NCBI GenBank assembly: GCA_963677485.1
Contig: OY781964.1
Span: 4,512,696 to 4,576,695 of the forward strand
Direction: 5' to 3'
From: Armatimonadota bacterium
GTDB taxonomy: Bacteria; Armatimonadota; HRBIN16
DNA length: 64,000 nucleotides
The translations under genes and the position numbers were made by a program. Of this stretch, positions 36,002 through 46,315 are shown piece by piece (within the stretch, counting starts at the first letter, position 1; each line of letters begins with the position of its first letter). The notes beneath the pieces were generated by a model. The model worked only from the letters and a program-made list of their open reading frames with translations. It searched no databases and had not been told where the DNA came from.

Positions 36002-37684
36002 CTAAAATCCATGGTTCTTCGATGAACTCAGATCAGCGATCTTTTGATACTGCCCATGGTGAAGGCTCTCTTTACAACCAGTAGCCTGCTTCTGCTTGAC
36101 GACGGTGTTGCCGGTGAGTGTGACCTGGCTGCTGGCGTCTACTTCAATGGCGTAAGAACCTCTGGGCACGGTAGGGGAGACGCAACAGTTGGTGATGGTG
36201 TTATTGGTCACGGTCACGTTGGCTCCTCCTGCGATGAGTATCCCGCAGTTGTCTGTGCCGTCGATGCTGTTATGATCAAACACGATGTTGTTGAACACCC
36301 CGGGCTTCTTTGGCGTGGAGATGCCGTTCATCTGCGCCCAGCAACCCAGCACACAGTCATTGGAGTGAACCAGCCCGATGTTTTTGAACTTGCAGTTCTT
36401 CACGATGACGTTGCGCGGGGCGATAGACTCGTAGAAATAGTAAATCTCGTTAAATATCCACACACCGCCCATCGTGCAGTTTTCGAACCGGCAGTCTTCT
36501 ACCACGGTGTCGTGGTTTTGGATCAGCATACCTCTGGCACGGTTGTTTTTTACGGTCGTGCGACGTATGGTGGCCTTGCAGCAGCGGCTGACATTGCCCA
36601 ATAGTTGTCCAACAGCAGTTTGTGAGGGCATCTCCGTTTCAAAACTCACACGATGCATACCGTCTTCCAGCAGTTTAGCATCAGCGACCTTCATAGCGCC
36701 GATCTTGATCAAATCTTCTTGTGGCAGTAGTTCCATGGTGTCACCGGGATCGGGTACATCGGCGAACTTCAGGTTGTGTTGAGCGAGCACAGTCTTACTG
36801 TCGATGATCTCTTTAATGGTCAGATAGAGCCCAGTTTTTAAGTTCACCCCATCGTCGCCCATGCCTTCCAGGTGGCAGCGATCGACCAGCAACTCACCGG
36901 TATTTCCCGACAGATGCAGGCCATCGGCACCGGAACTCTGGTAAGGTGAGGCCCCTTTACGAGGCTTCACTGTCAGCCGAGTCAGTTTGACATCCTTGCT
37001 GTTCGAAACAATGAAGTTCATACCTGGTGCGCGGTAGATGGTGAGGTTGTGCAGATGCATGTTCGTGTTGCCGTGCGAGTAGAAGACCACACCCTCACGG
37101 GCCCGCTGACGAAGCAGCACCCAACTACCGACCTTCATCACGGTCTTCCACTTTGTGAAGCAGCGGAGCTGTCTGCCGCCAAGGTGCTGAACTCTTAATC
37201 CGATGCCGTTTTCGTCAGAGCCGTGCTTCAATGGCCGTTTCGTGGCCGGATCATACTCCATGACTGCAGCAAGCTGGGTGATGTATTTCATGTCATAGCT
37301 AGGATGCACAGTGCATTCGAAGGAGTCCGCATTCACCGCCGTCACGGTGGCCATGCTGTGCATCTCTTCCTCGAAATCAATCACCATATTCTTGATGGTC
37401 ACATTGGTAGACATATACAGAATGATGAAGTTTGAGATACCGTGAATCATCATCTCCGAACCGCGGCCATCGATGGTGAAGTCTTTATAACCCTCCACGC
37501 TGACCACTCTGCGATCAAATGGCGGCTCTGAGCTGCTAAAGAAGTCGTAGCGTCCGGGCTCGAAAACTAACCGGCAGTTGGGGTGCTTCTTGCATTCGGC
37601 CACTGCCTTTCTAAATGACTCGGTCGCATCGAGTCCGCTGTTGGGTTTCGCGCCAAATTGAGCGATGGAGATTGTCGTGGGCAC
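36002..37684 (-). CDS. Right-handed beta-helix putative glycoside hydrolase, paralog 3 of 3 (no signal peptide)
   Basis: MPTTISIAQFGAKPNSGLDATESFRKAVAECKK. Segment GMLIQNHDTVVEDCRFENCTMGGVWIFNE is collinear with paralog 2. Confidence 0.6.
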   Translation of the reverse strand: MPTTISIAQFGAKPNSGLDATESFRKAVAECKKHPNCRLVFEPGRYDFFSSSEPPFDRRVVSVEGYKDFTIDGRGSEMMIHGISNFIILYMSTNVTIKNMVIDFEEEMHSMATVTAVNADSFECTVHPSYDMKYITQLAAVMEYDPATKRPLKHGSDENGIGLRVQHLGGRQLRCFTKWKTVMKVGSWVLLRQRAREGVVFYSHGNTNMHLHNLTIYRAPGMNFIVSNSKDVKLTRLTVKPRKGASPYQSSGADGLHLSGNTGELLVDRCHLEGMGDDGVNLKTGLYLTIKEIIDSKTVLAQHNLKFADVPDPGDTMELLPQEDLIKIGAMKVADAKLLEDGMHRVSFETEMPSQTAVGQLLGNVSRCCKATIRRTTVKNNRARGMLIQNHDTVVEDCRFENCTMGGVWIFNEIYYFYESIAPRNVIVKNCKFKNIGLVHSNDCVLGCWAQMNGISTPKKPGVFNNIVFDHNSIDGTDNCGILIAGGANVTVTNNTITNCCVSPTVPRGSYAIEVDASSQVTLTGNTVVKQKQATGCKESLHHGQYQKIADLSSSKNHGF

Positions 37685-37813
37685 TTAGGATCCTCCATAA
37701 ATCTGTCTAGTTATCAATTCATTATCGCAACAGGCGATTCCTGCCATTTCATACAAGGGGAAGGCGTTGTATTATGAATTGACACACAAACACAAATATT
37801 GAGGTTCTCAAGA

Positions 37814-38839
37814 ATGATATTCGCATTAATAATCTTAGCTCTGTTGATTATGGGCGCATCACCGGTATTTGCCATGGCCAAAGCAAACAAGCCAACCAAG
37901 TCAGACAAGACGTTCATACCCGGTGCCATCTGGCCAGATGACAACGGCGTGCATATCAACGCGCACGGCGGAGGGATGCTGCAGGTCGGCAAGGTAACTT
38001 ACTGGTTTGGTGAGCACAAGATTGCTGGTGATGCCGGTAATGTGGCTCACGTGGGCGTGCATTGTTATTCCTCTGACGGCTTGTATGACTGGACCGATGA
38101 GGGTATTGCGCTTGAGGTCTCCGATGACCCCAAGAGTGAAATCACCCGAGGCTGTGTGCTCGAACGTCCTAAAGTGATCTACAACAAGAAAACCCGCAAA
38201 TACGTGATGTGGTTCCATCTGGAAGAGAAGGGGAACGGCTACGCTTCCGCGATGGTCGGTGTGGCGACGTCAGATAAGGTGACCGGGCCATATGAATATC
38301 TGCACTGTTTCCGCCCAGATGGCGAGGAGTCACGGGATATGACGCTGTTTGCCGACGATGACGGCAAGGCGTATCTCTTCCACTCCTCTGAGAACAACGC
38401 TACGATGCATGTCTCGCCCTTGACCGATGACTACCTTGATACCACCGGTAAGTTCGTGAAGATATTTGAGGGTCGTTCGATGGAAGCGCCCGCCGTGTTC
38501 AAACACCGTCGGAAATACTACTTCATTGGATCAGGCTGCACCGGCTGGGCACCCAACGCCGCGCGATGCGCCGTTGCTGACCGCATCACTGGTCCCTGGA
38601 TAGAGCTGGGTAACCCTTGTGATGGCAACCCGAAGCAGATCGAGACCACTTTTGAGTCGCAGTCCACATACGTGCTGCCGGTACCCGGCAAGCATGATGC
38701 GTTCATATTCATGGCTGACCGCTGGTGCCCGGAGAACGCGATCGATGGGCGCTACATCTGGCTGCCGATACAGTTTGAGGGCAACCGTCCGGTCATTAAG
38801 TGGATGAACGTGTGGGATCTGGGTGTTTTCGGCAGATAG
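37814..38839 (+). CDS. Secreted GH43-family five-bladed beta-propeller glycoside hydrolase
   Basis: Signal MIFALIILALLIMGASPVFA. WPDDNGVHINAHGGGML and the repeated Trp/Asp blade motifs are typical of GH43 subfamilies. Confidence 0.6.
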   Translation: MIFALIILALLIMGASPVFAMAKANKPTKSDKTFIPGAIWPDDNGVHINAHGGGMLQVGKVTYWFGEHKIAGDAGNVAHVGVHCYSSDGLYDWTDEGIALEVSDDPKSEITRGCVLERPKVIYNKKTRKYVMWFHLEEKGNGYASAMVGVATSDKVTGPYEYLHCFRPDGEESRDMTLFADDDGKAYLFHSSENNATMHVSPLTDDYLDTTGKFVKIFEGRSMEAPAVFKHRRKYYFIGSGCTGWAPNAARCAVADRITGPWIELGNPCDGNPKQIETTFESQSTYVLPVPGKHDAFIFMADRWCPENAIDGRYIWLPIQFEGNRPVIKWMNVWDLGVFGR

Positions 38840-38872
38840 GTTGTAACACATAGTTTACATCTTATCATTGAT

Positions 38873-38900
38873 GGGGATTAGGGCAAAAGCCCTAATCCCC
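38873..38900. terminator. Bidirectional terminator hairpin between the convergent GH43 and VOC genes
   Basis: Perfect 12-bp stem GGGGATTAGGGC aaaa GCCCTAATCCCC, followed by a T-rich tract on the + strand. Confidence 0.65.
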
Positions 38901-38942
38901 ATTCCGGTTTCTAAGAAGTCTTAGCGATCGTTTACCAAGGTT

Positions 38943-39365
38943 TCAGATACCCCATTGGCGCAGCTCTATCGTGAGACCGTCCGGGTCGCATATCTCCGCC
39001 CGTATTGAGCTACCCAGCGAAATGGGGCCCCAAGTGATATCCACATCTTTGCTTTTTAGGTATGCCACGCATTCGTCCATATTCTCAACTTCAAGCGCAA
39101 TTCCCTTGTAGCCGACATAGATCGGGTTCGCGGGAGTTGATGCCGCATCAACCGCAGCGATCAACTCCATCATTGTGTCGCCGAGTATTAGAAATGCGAT
39201 TTCCTTGAGCGGAGGCGAATCAATCGCCATCCGCTCGCTCAACGTGAAGCCCAACACCTCAGTGTAGAACCTGATTGTCTTATCGATATCACTGACGATG
39301 GCCTCTGAATGATCGATTCTCTTGAACACGATGTGCCTCCTGGTCGTATTGTGCGCCATGCACAC
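38943..39365 (-). CDS. VOC-family (glyoxalase / bleomycin-resistance fold) protein
   Basis: HIVFKRIDHSEAIVSDIDKTIRFYTEVLGFTL ... GIALEVENMDECVAYLKSKDVDITWGP is the typical glyoxalase-fold pattern. Confidence 0.65.
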   Translation of the reverse strand: MCMAHNTTRRHIVFKRIDHSEAIVSDIDKTIRFYTEVLGFTLSERMAIDSPPLKEIAFLILGDTMMELIAAVDAASTPANPIYVGYKGIALEVENMDECVAYLKSKDVDITWGPISLGSSIRAEICDPDGLTIELRQWGI

Positions 39366-39457
39366 TACGGTTGAAATGTATGAGCAGTACCTGCTCTGGA
39401 TAGTTTGTACCTGTTTCCATCGGGGTTGTCAAGCACGAAAGCCCGATGATGGCGTCT

Positions 39458-39817
39458 CTATTTCCTAACAAACACGATCTTGTCGTAGTGAACTCTGTCC
39501 TCTGATGCGTTTGTACCGAATGTGGGTCCTTCGAATTTTAGTGAGACATAGACGTCATAAAGTTGGTTTGGAGATGCCCTGTTGAAGGCTTCCACGCATT
39601 TTCTGTCGATCATGTCGCCCATATAAAGATAACAGTCTGAAGTCAACACGCTTGTGCCCAGGTAATACAGGTTATAGCCGTTGCGCTTAATGTCGGCTGA
39701 GGTTAGTCTCACCTCAAGCAGTCCTTTTTGAGTTGTGTTGTCGAAGAGACCAATGACATACGGAGGCGCAGACTTCCGTAATCCTGCCCAGCCAAGGGTA
39801 GCGTCCGGGTCCGGCAC
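39458..39817 (-). CDS. Hypothetical protein (119 aa), no recognisable motif
   Basis: Intact ORF between the VOC gene and the DUF4838-like gene. Reasonable codon usage. Confidence 0.3.
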   Translation of the reverse strand: MPDPDATLGWAGLRKSAPPYVIGLFDNTTQKGLLEVRLTSADIKRNGYNLYYLGTSVLTSDCYLYMGDMIDRKCVEAFNRASPNQLYDVYVSLKFEGPTFGTNASEDRVHYDKIVFVRK

Positions 39818-39897
39818 CGAAATGTCCTTGGAGGGGTATATCTGAACTGTTCCTGGCTTGACTGGAACCTGCGCAATCTTTCCTCGTTCCTCCAGAG

Positions 39898-41766
39898 TTA
39901 ACAGGATGCTTTTGCGCTGCCCTTTTCTGCACCCTTCGGAAAGCGTCGGAGAAGAGAGCTTTCAAGGATCGCCTGGGCACGTGTAGCAATGGTCTCCGCC
40001 GATGGGAAGCCTGCATGACTATCTGCAACTATTGCCTGATACTTGGTACCTAAACAGGCTAGATCGAGGCTGAAGCGCAGCATCTGAACATTCCCCAGAG
40101 TTCTCTGATTCCCAGCGCAGAGCGTCACCATCTTGTCGAACCGATGCTGCTGGGTCCTAAGCCACTCAGGGGTTAAATAGCTCAACATGCCTTCACCAGC
40201 GTCAAAGGGTATCCTGTCTTGCAGTCCTTTCCTGCCGCGTTCTAGTTCAGTCAGATAAGCTCTGGCTTCATGCGCTGCCGCACCATAGTAATAGTCGGTG
40301 AATTCCTTGATCAAAGCAGGCACATCAGCGTTGACATCGGAATAGATATTGTCGAGTACATAAGTGTACAAATCTGCGAAGTTGGCGTCGTAGAACACTC
40401 CCGGAGCGTCATGTTCATAAGTGGTCCCCATGACACCGGCTCCCTTCATCAAGCGGGTATCTGCGACCACTCTATCCAGCAATCCAGATGGGAGCGCAGT
40501 GTTATACAGCATCGGGTAATACCAGACGATGACCTTATCGGAGAGCCTGCACCAGTTCTTCAGGTTGTTGTAAGTCTCTGCGTTCTCAGGACTGTTGAAA
40601 CACTTGCGGAAGTCGTCATCTATGGGAGCGAAGACAATCGCCAGATTATCTGGTAGTTTACCCGAGATAATGGGCGGCTTTTCCATCTGGACCTTACGGT
40701 AAGCCAGCGTTGAAAGGCCCGCCTTTGGGTATTTTTGCTTGATGGCCGCACAAACCTCAATGAGGTAATCGATGAGTGGTCCGCCGGGCGTTTGGTATTT
40801 CGCTTCGAGTGCTTTACAGCCTTGGCAATAACAGAAGCTGCCCCCACAGTCCATGGCTGACAGATTGTAAAAGCCTCGTCCGCCTTCCCTTCCGATATTT
40901 TCAAGTAACCGATCCGTCAACTGCTTTCGCAGCCCGGGGTTGCTGAAGCAGAGCTGCATCGACATGACGCGCTTGCCGGTGGCATCCAGGGAGAAATACT
41001 CCGGGTGTGCTTCGAAAAAGTAGCCGGGCTTATTCCATGGCCAACCCATGATGTCATAACCATACGCCGGCGGAATATAGTGGAAGAGGGTATGGCAGGC
41101 AGGGCCAGGCAACTCAAAATCCTTCAGATTGCCATTCTTCGCCAAATCTGGATAGATGGAACTCGTAAATCCTGGTGCAGAGCTGTTGAGCCCATTCCTA
41201 AAAAGGTACAACCCTTTAGCCGGATGCCCATAAGCATAATCGACCATATGGTTACGATAGGCAAATGACGGTATGAAGTGGTCGTTGAGCGCAGGAACCA
41301 GCAGCTTTCTGTGCTGGGGGACGAGTTCATCGCCATATGGTGTAAACCATCGGCAGCCAAGCTGACTTTTCAAAAATCGGTAGACTGCCTGACAGGTTCC
41401 GTGGGTGCCTTGCCCAGCCAGTAGCATGTCGTGACCCTGGGTGAGTTGCAAAGACTCTTGCTGCTTAAGATTACCTAGAATTTTTCTTCCAAATAGCTTC
41501 TTTGCGAAAGCGCCATCTCCGACCACGATCCGCTTCGGATACCTGCCGGCATCCGGTGCATTCACCAATGTAAACTTTATGCCTGTCGATTTACCAAGGT
41601 AGGTGCTCAGTTCCTGAACGGCGATGGCATCCAACGCGCCGCCTGTATCTGGTCTGACGATCACGTAGTCGCTTTTACCATTGTTGGCAATCACCAGTTT
41701 ACCCGCCGAGACGGTGATGGGGGAGAGACCCGCCAGAAGACACATCATTATGCCTATTTTGTTCAT
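39898..41766 (-). CDS. Secreted putative glycoside-hydrolase-like protein (DUF4838-like)
   Basis: Signal MNKIGIMMCLLAGLSPITVSA. N-terminal KLVIANNGKSDYVIVRPDTGGALDAIAVQELSTYLGKSTGIKF resembles DUF4838-type proteins found in glycan-degradation loci. Confidence 0.4.
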   Translation of the reverse strand: MNKIGIMMCLLAGLSPITVSAGKLVIANNGKSDYVIVRPDTGGALDAIAVQELSTYLGKSTGIKFTLVNAPDAGRYPKRIVVGDGAFAKKLFGRKILGNLKQQESLQLTQGHDMLLAGQGTHGTCQAVYRFLKSQLGCRWFTPYGDELVPQHRKLLVPALNDHFIPSFAYRNHMVDYAYGHPAKGLYLFRNGLNSSAPGFTSSIYPDLAKNGNLKDFELPGPACHTLFHYIPPAYGYDIMGWPWNKPGYFFEAHPEYFSLDATGKRVMSMQLCFSNPGLRKQLTDRLLENIGREGGRGFYNLSAMDCGGSFCYCQGCKALEAKYQTPGGPLIDYLIEVCAAIKQKYPKAGLSTLAYRKVQMEKPPIISGKLPDNLAIVFAPIDDDFRKCFNSPENAETYNNLKNWCRLSDKVIVWYYPMLYNTALPSGLLDRVVADTRLMKGAGVMGTTYEHDAPGVFYDANFADLYTYVLDNIYSDVNADVPALIKEFTDYYYGAAAHEARAYLTELERGRKGLQDRIPFDAGEGMLSYLTPEWLRTQQHRFDKMVTLCAGNQRTLGNVQMLRFSLDLACLGTKYQAIVADSHAGFPSAETIATRAQAILESSLLRRFPKGAEKGSAKASC

Positions 41767-41902
41767 GGGGCGCCAGCTTTCTGTATCGCACCCACTTGTA
41801 TGGATACGGGATAGTATTTCTATGAATCACTTAGCATCGATTTATGGTAATTGACGAGTGTTAATACGCTTAACAAACACCAACGTTGAATACACTGGCC
41901 TC

Positions 41903-44779
41903 CTATGTCGTGCCAAGCAGCACGGTGGCGATGCCGTGAGCAGGCAGATCGACCATGAGCACGTCACCATCGATCCTTGCGGACGAGTTCGCCAGCGGTT
42001 GTTCGAGCAGATCGACTTCCGTGCAGGAAGAGCCAGAGGTCGCTATACAATTGAGGCGGACTTGAGCGGTTGTTTCCTTACCAGCCGTCTCGTACAGCCT
42101 TAGGATGATACCATGATGCTCTTCAGACCGCTTCAGAGCGGAGATTGAGATATTGTGCGACAACACCTCAATAGCGCTGAAGCTAGACGGCAGATCACCC
42201 TCGTGGATATCGGTGCCCACAACGCACAGGGGTTGGTTCCATGCTTCCGCTAAGCGTGTCGCTTTTGCGGTTTCACATGGACCTGCATGAGGGATCAGGC
42301 CAAAGCGCATCTCGTGCCGTCCCAATTCGGGAAAAGCATCCGGGTCGTATGTGGATCGCAACAGCGTGGCTCGGATCGTGTTACGGTCTGCGCTGAATCC
42401 GTATTTGCAGTCGTTGATGAGAGTGGCTCCGCATTCTGAACTCGAGAGATCCACCCAGCGCTGAGCAGGCACTTCCTTGCCGTCCGTCGGCCGATTTTGG
42501 CTGCCGAAGGGTATCTCCGTTGTAAACTTGGGCTCAGATACATTTAAAGGCAACGCGAGCTTGAGCATGGGCACTCCGACATCCGCACTTCCTATTTCGC
42601 GCCAATCGGCCGTGACAGATATCTGAACCGTTGGGCTTCCTGCGCTCAATGAAACCTCAGTGATCACACGAGAGTTGTTTATCTTGTGTAGTGTCCGGTA
42701 ATCCACCCTCTGCGGGCCAAGTTCTCGCTGGCGGACGGAATAGACCATACCAAGCGAATCGCCTACCCGAGAGTCCCGAAGGTCGGTTTCGTCGACCGCG
42801 ATGCCTTCGTTGAGCACACGCTTCTCTGCAATGGTGCCGATATCCCAGGCTGTCATGATATGAGGTTCTTCCCGATATAGCTCCAAAACACCCAGCAGTC
42901 CATTCACTGGCACCAAGTCACAGCCTGTGGATTTGTCGATCAGATGTTTGATTCCGCCGGTCGAAGGGTCAATATCTAGCCGGTAGAACTCATTCTCCAT
43001 CTGGTTTGGTGCGGGAATGGCCACACCCTCGCCACTCACAGCCTTTTCTCCCACTCGCAGGTTATATGTTCTATAGCCCATCGCGGGTATATCGCTGGCG
43101 GGAAATAACACGTTGATGGCCTGGTGACCGACATCGAAACTGGTTCCGACCACCTGACCTGGCGTCTCGTAGCCTTGATCGTCCACCACCACAAGCCGGT
43201 CTTGTGGCCAGTCGCGGCCCCAAACCTTCATCATGACCATCTCAGACCGAGCATACGGCAGGGTGTTGAACACCACCAACGGCTCAACATCAAGCATTCC
43301 AGGACAGCATGTTGAGACCTTTCCCGGGAGCCGCACATCGCCCGCTCCACGCCCGAAGTTGGATGCATAGGCTTCTGGTGTGTTCGCTGGTGCCGAATAT
43401 CCAGTAGCCCGTGCGGTGTTGATCCGCGATGCAATTTTCCGTAGTGCCCTCGTCTTGATGGAGCCGGTGATCGCCTCTATCTGCTGGAACCGGACGCAAG
43501 CCTCTTCCATGGCGTCATGACCGCTGGAACCGGCTAGGATGTCGTGGAATTGGTTGAACAGAGCGTGCTCCCATGCGGTATGAAGTTGCTCAGTGGGGTA
43601 GTCGAAACCGACAAGTGCATTGGCTTGCACAGAGATTGTCTCGGCTTCCGGGATGATCGCTTCTGCAAGCCTGTTGACGCGCTTGATGCGGCTTTGGGAT
43701 GTATAGCATCCTTCGAATACCGAATTAGTGTCGGCATCCTGAACCGGCAGCTCTGACGCGAACGGCTCGATGGCTTTGAAATAGGTTTCGATGCTGGAGA
43801 GCTTGACTTTGGGGAACACCGGCCACGAATCCAGCTCTCTGGCGGCTACTAGATGCCCCTTAGTGACCCCGCCGCCATGGTCTCCAACTCCATAGACCCA
43901 CAAAAAGTCTTTAAGCCCATTCTCGTGCTCATAATCAATGAAGTGTTTCGTTAAGAGTTCGGCAGTGATCTCCGCGTTATACCAGCCCTTGTCCCTGAAC
44001 GAAAGCACCCGGCTGCCATCAGGCCCCTGCCATTGGTTGAGCCACGGACCGCTTTCGGGCCTGCAGCGATAATAGTATTTGATCCCACCGCGGGACAATA
44101 TGGAGGGTAGTGACCATGGGTGACCGAATGTGTCTGGCAGCCAGTCGATTTGAACTTTGTCAAAAGGGAGGCCAAGATTCTCATGCAGCCAGCGCTTGGA
44201 ATACAGAATGTGCCTGCACAGGCTTTCACCTGAGGCCATGTTCTTATCACCCTCGACCCATGATCCTGCGGTCACCTGCCACAGTCCTTCGTCGATCCGC
44301 CTGCGGATTATGTCCCAGACCTCTGGGCAGTATTCCTTCATCATTTGGTGGATGGATATCTGGCTCTGTCCGAATTTGAGGTCGGGGTAGAACCCCATCA
44401 GTCGGTCCAGCGTCGTGAATGTGTCGTGAGCCGTGGCGACCGTCTCGACAAGCGGCCAGGTCCAGTTCATATCTATATGTGCATGACCGCAGCAGTGGAT
44501 GGTGTATTGCTTTGCCGCCTGGCCTATTGGTGCAAGCATAGCCTCTATCTTGGTCACCAGACTTCCAAGCTCACCGGACGAGGCTTGCAGTGTTTCCCTT
44601 ACATACTCAGCAGCGCGAACGATCAGTTGGTGCCACTCATCCTTGTGCTCAGGATGCAGCTCCGCGAATGAAGTGGCGAACTCCAGCTCAGCCAGTAAAC
44701 GCACCATATGGTGGGATGTATGGTATTGAGAAGCCTTGATCTGCTGCAATATCGTGTCAACTATGCGGCGATGATCCAT
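41903..44779 (-). CDS. Cytoplasmic GH38 alpha-mannosidase
   Basis: HCCGHAHIDMNWTW (HxHxD metal site) and DWLPDTFGHPWSLPSIL (WxxDxFGH) are GH38 signatures. ~958 aa. Start chosen at 44779, the ATG with a GAGGAAA Shine-Dalgarno sequence. Confidence 0.8.
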   Translation of the reverse strand: MDHRRIVDTILQQIKASQYHTSHHMVRLLAELEFATSFAELHPEHKDEWHQLIVRAAEYVRETLQASSGELGSLVTKIEAMLAPIGQAAKQYTIHCCGHAHIDMNWTWPLVETVATAHDTFTTLDRLMGFYPDLKFGQSQISIHQMMKEYCPEVWDIIRRRIDEGLWQVTAGSWVEGDKNMASGESLCRHILYSKRWLHENLGLPFDKVQIDWLPDTFGHPWSLPSILSRGGIKYYYRCRPESGPWLNQWQGPDGSRVLSFRDKGWYNAEITAELLTKHFIDYEHENGLKDFLWVYGVGDHGGGVTKGHLVAARELDSWPVFPKVKLSSIETYFKAIEPFASELPVQDADTNSVFEGCYTSQSRIKRVNRLAEAIIPEAETISVQANALVGFDYPTEQLHTAWEHALFNQFHDILAGSSGHDAMEEACVRFQQIEAITGSIKTRALRKIASRINTARATGYSAPANTPEAYASNFGRGAGDVRLPGKVSTCCPGMLDVEPLVVFNTLPYARSEMVMMKVWGRDWPQDRLVVVDDQGYETPGQVVGTSFDVGHQAINVLFPASDIPAMGYRTYNLRVGEKAVSGEGVAIPAPNQMENEFYRLDIDPSTGGIKHLIDKSTGCDLVPVNGLLGVLELYREEPHIMTAWDIGTIAEKRVLNEGIAVDETDLRDSRVGDSLGMVYSVRQRELGPQRVDYRTLHKINNSRVITEVSLSAGSPTVQISVTADWREIGSADVGVPMLKLALPLNVSEPKFTTEIPFGSQNRPTDGKEVPAQRWVDLSSSECGATLINDCKYGFSADRNTIRATLLRSTYDPDAFPELGRHEMRFGLIPHAGPCETAKATRLAEAWNQPLCVVGTDIHEGDLPSSFSAIEVLSHNISISALKRSEEHHGIILRLYETAGKETTAQVRLNCIATSGSSCTEVDLLEQPLANSSARIDGDVLMVDLPAHGIATVLLGTT

Positions 44780-44899
44780 GAATTTCCTCTTCACTATGAG
44801 TTTAGATATTGATAGCCTGAAAGCTACCTAATGGCCTTCTGCGGGCCATGATCTTCGGACGCTATTTGAAGCCTGGTATTTCTGTGTGTGTTGACGGTA

Positions 44900-46315
44900 T
44901 CATTCCGGGAAGGAATCATCGCTTTGGTTGGTACTGAGATTCGGGTTGTTCCATGTTCCATGCTCAGAGATAAGTTCATCGGCTTCCTTAGGGCCCCAAC
45001 TGTCAGGCTCATATGGATGACACTGGTTGTGGTTATTGAGAACAGGTTCGACCGCCTCCCAGGCAGCTTCAACGGCATCTTCTCGTGTGAAAAGCGCTCC
45101 CTCACCAGCCATGGCGTCACTTAACAACCGCTTATAAGGCAGCTCTTCTGTGTGGTATTCCTCCAGAAGGTAAAGCTCCCGCTGATTGCCTACAAACTCT
45201 TTCCCCGCACGCTTGACGCGTGCCGCAAGAGCTACGGCGGAACAAGGAGAAATCCGAAATCGCAGATAGTTGGATCGGCTGTTTGTTTGCACTGAGTCGG
45301 CAAACAACTCCTGTGGTGGCGGCTTCAACTCTACCAGAACCTCATGGACCGTTTCGGCCATGCATTTGCCGGATCGTAAGTACCAGGGCACACCCTTCCA
45401 ACGCCAAGAGTCGATGAAAAGTCGTATAGCACAGAAGGTTTCGACGTCAGAGTCAGGCGCCACATTCGCTTCATTACGATATCCATCATATTGCCCACGC
45501 ACCACATCCTCCGGCCTGAGAGGACGCATGGCTTGAAACACCTTAGTCTTCTCAGTATGCACGGCTCCAAAGCCCCTCATGGCTGGTGCCTCCATGGCCA
45601 ACAGCGCGACAACCTGGAATAGGTGGTTTTGGATCACATCGCGTAAGCAACCGGCGGATTCATAGAAAGCGCCGCGGTTCCCAACGCCGATGTTTTCGGC
45701 CAGGGTAATCTGCACACTTGCCACGTAGTTGCGGTTCCAGATAGGCTCCAGGAATGAGTTGGCGAAGCGAAAATACAGGATATTCATGATCGCTTCTTTG
45801 CCGAGGAAGTGATCGATGCGGAAAATTGAGTCCTCCGGAAACACCGATCGCGCGATGCTGTTGAGCTCTCGGGCAGAATCCAAGTCGCGGCCAAAGGGCT
45901 TTTCAACGATAACACGAGCATTGTTCGCCAAGCCGGCTAGGCCAAGCCCAGTGATCACGGTGGGGAAGAGCGCGGGTGGAATCGCGAGATAGTGCGCAGG
46001 GCGTTGTGCACCGTGTAGTGCTTTTTTGATCTTCCTAAAAGTAGCCCGGTCGTTATAATCCCCACCCACATAACTCATGAGTGACAGCATATGATCAAGG
46101 GCAGCTTGGTCGTCGACTCCTCCGGTTGATTGAATGCTGTCGATCACGCGTTTCCGTAATTCGGTGGCGTGCCAGTCAGGAAACGCGACACCTATGATAG
46201 GGACCTTCAGATCACCACGTTTGGCCATCGAATAAAGAGCAGGAAATATCTTCTTGTGGGCCAGGTCACCTGTTACTCCAAACAAAACCAGCGCGTCTGA
46301 GTGTGGATCACTCAT
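44900..46315 (-). CDS. zwf: Glucose-6-phosphate 1-dehydrogenase
   Basis: LVLFGVTGDLAHKKIFPALY (NADP-binding) and RIDHFLGKE active-site motif. Confidence 0.9.
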   Translation of the reverse strand: MSDPHSDALVLFGVTGDLAHKKIFPALYSMAKRGDLKVPIIGVAFPDWHATELRKRVIDSIQSTGGVDDQAALDHMLSLMSYVGGDYNDRATFRKIKKALHGAQRPAHYLAIPPALFPTVITGLGLAGLANNARVIVEKPFGRDLDSARELNSIARSVFPEDSIFRIDHFLGKEAIMNILYFRFANSFLEPIWNRNYVASVQITLAENIGVGNRGAFYESAGCLRDVIQNHLFQVVALLAMEAPAMRGFGAVHTEKTKVFQAMRPLRPEDVVRGQYDGYRNEANVAPDSDVETFCAIRLFIDSWRWKGVPWYLRSGKCMAETVHEVLVELKPPPQELFADSVQTNSRSNYLRFRISPCSAVALAARVKRAGKEFVGNQRELYLLEEYHTEELPYKRLLSDAMAGEGALFTREDAVEAAWEAVEPVLNNHNQCHPYEPDSWGPKEADELISEHGTWNNPNLSTNQSDDSFPE

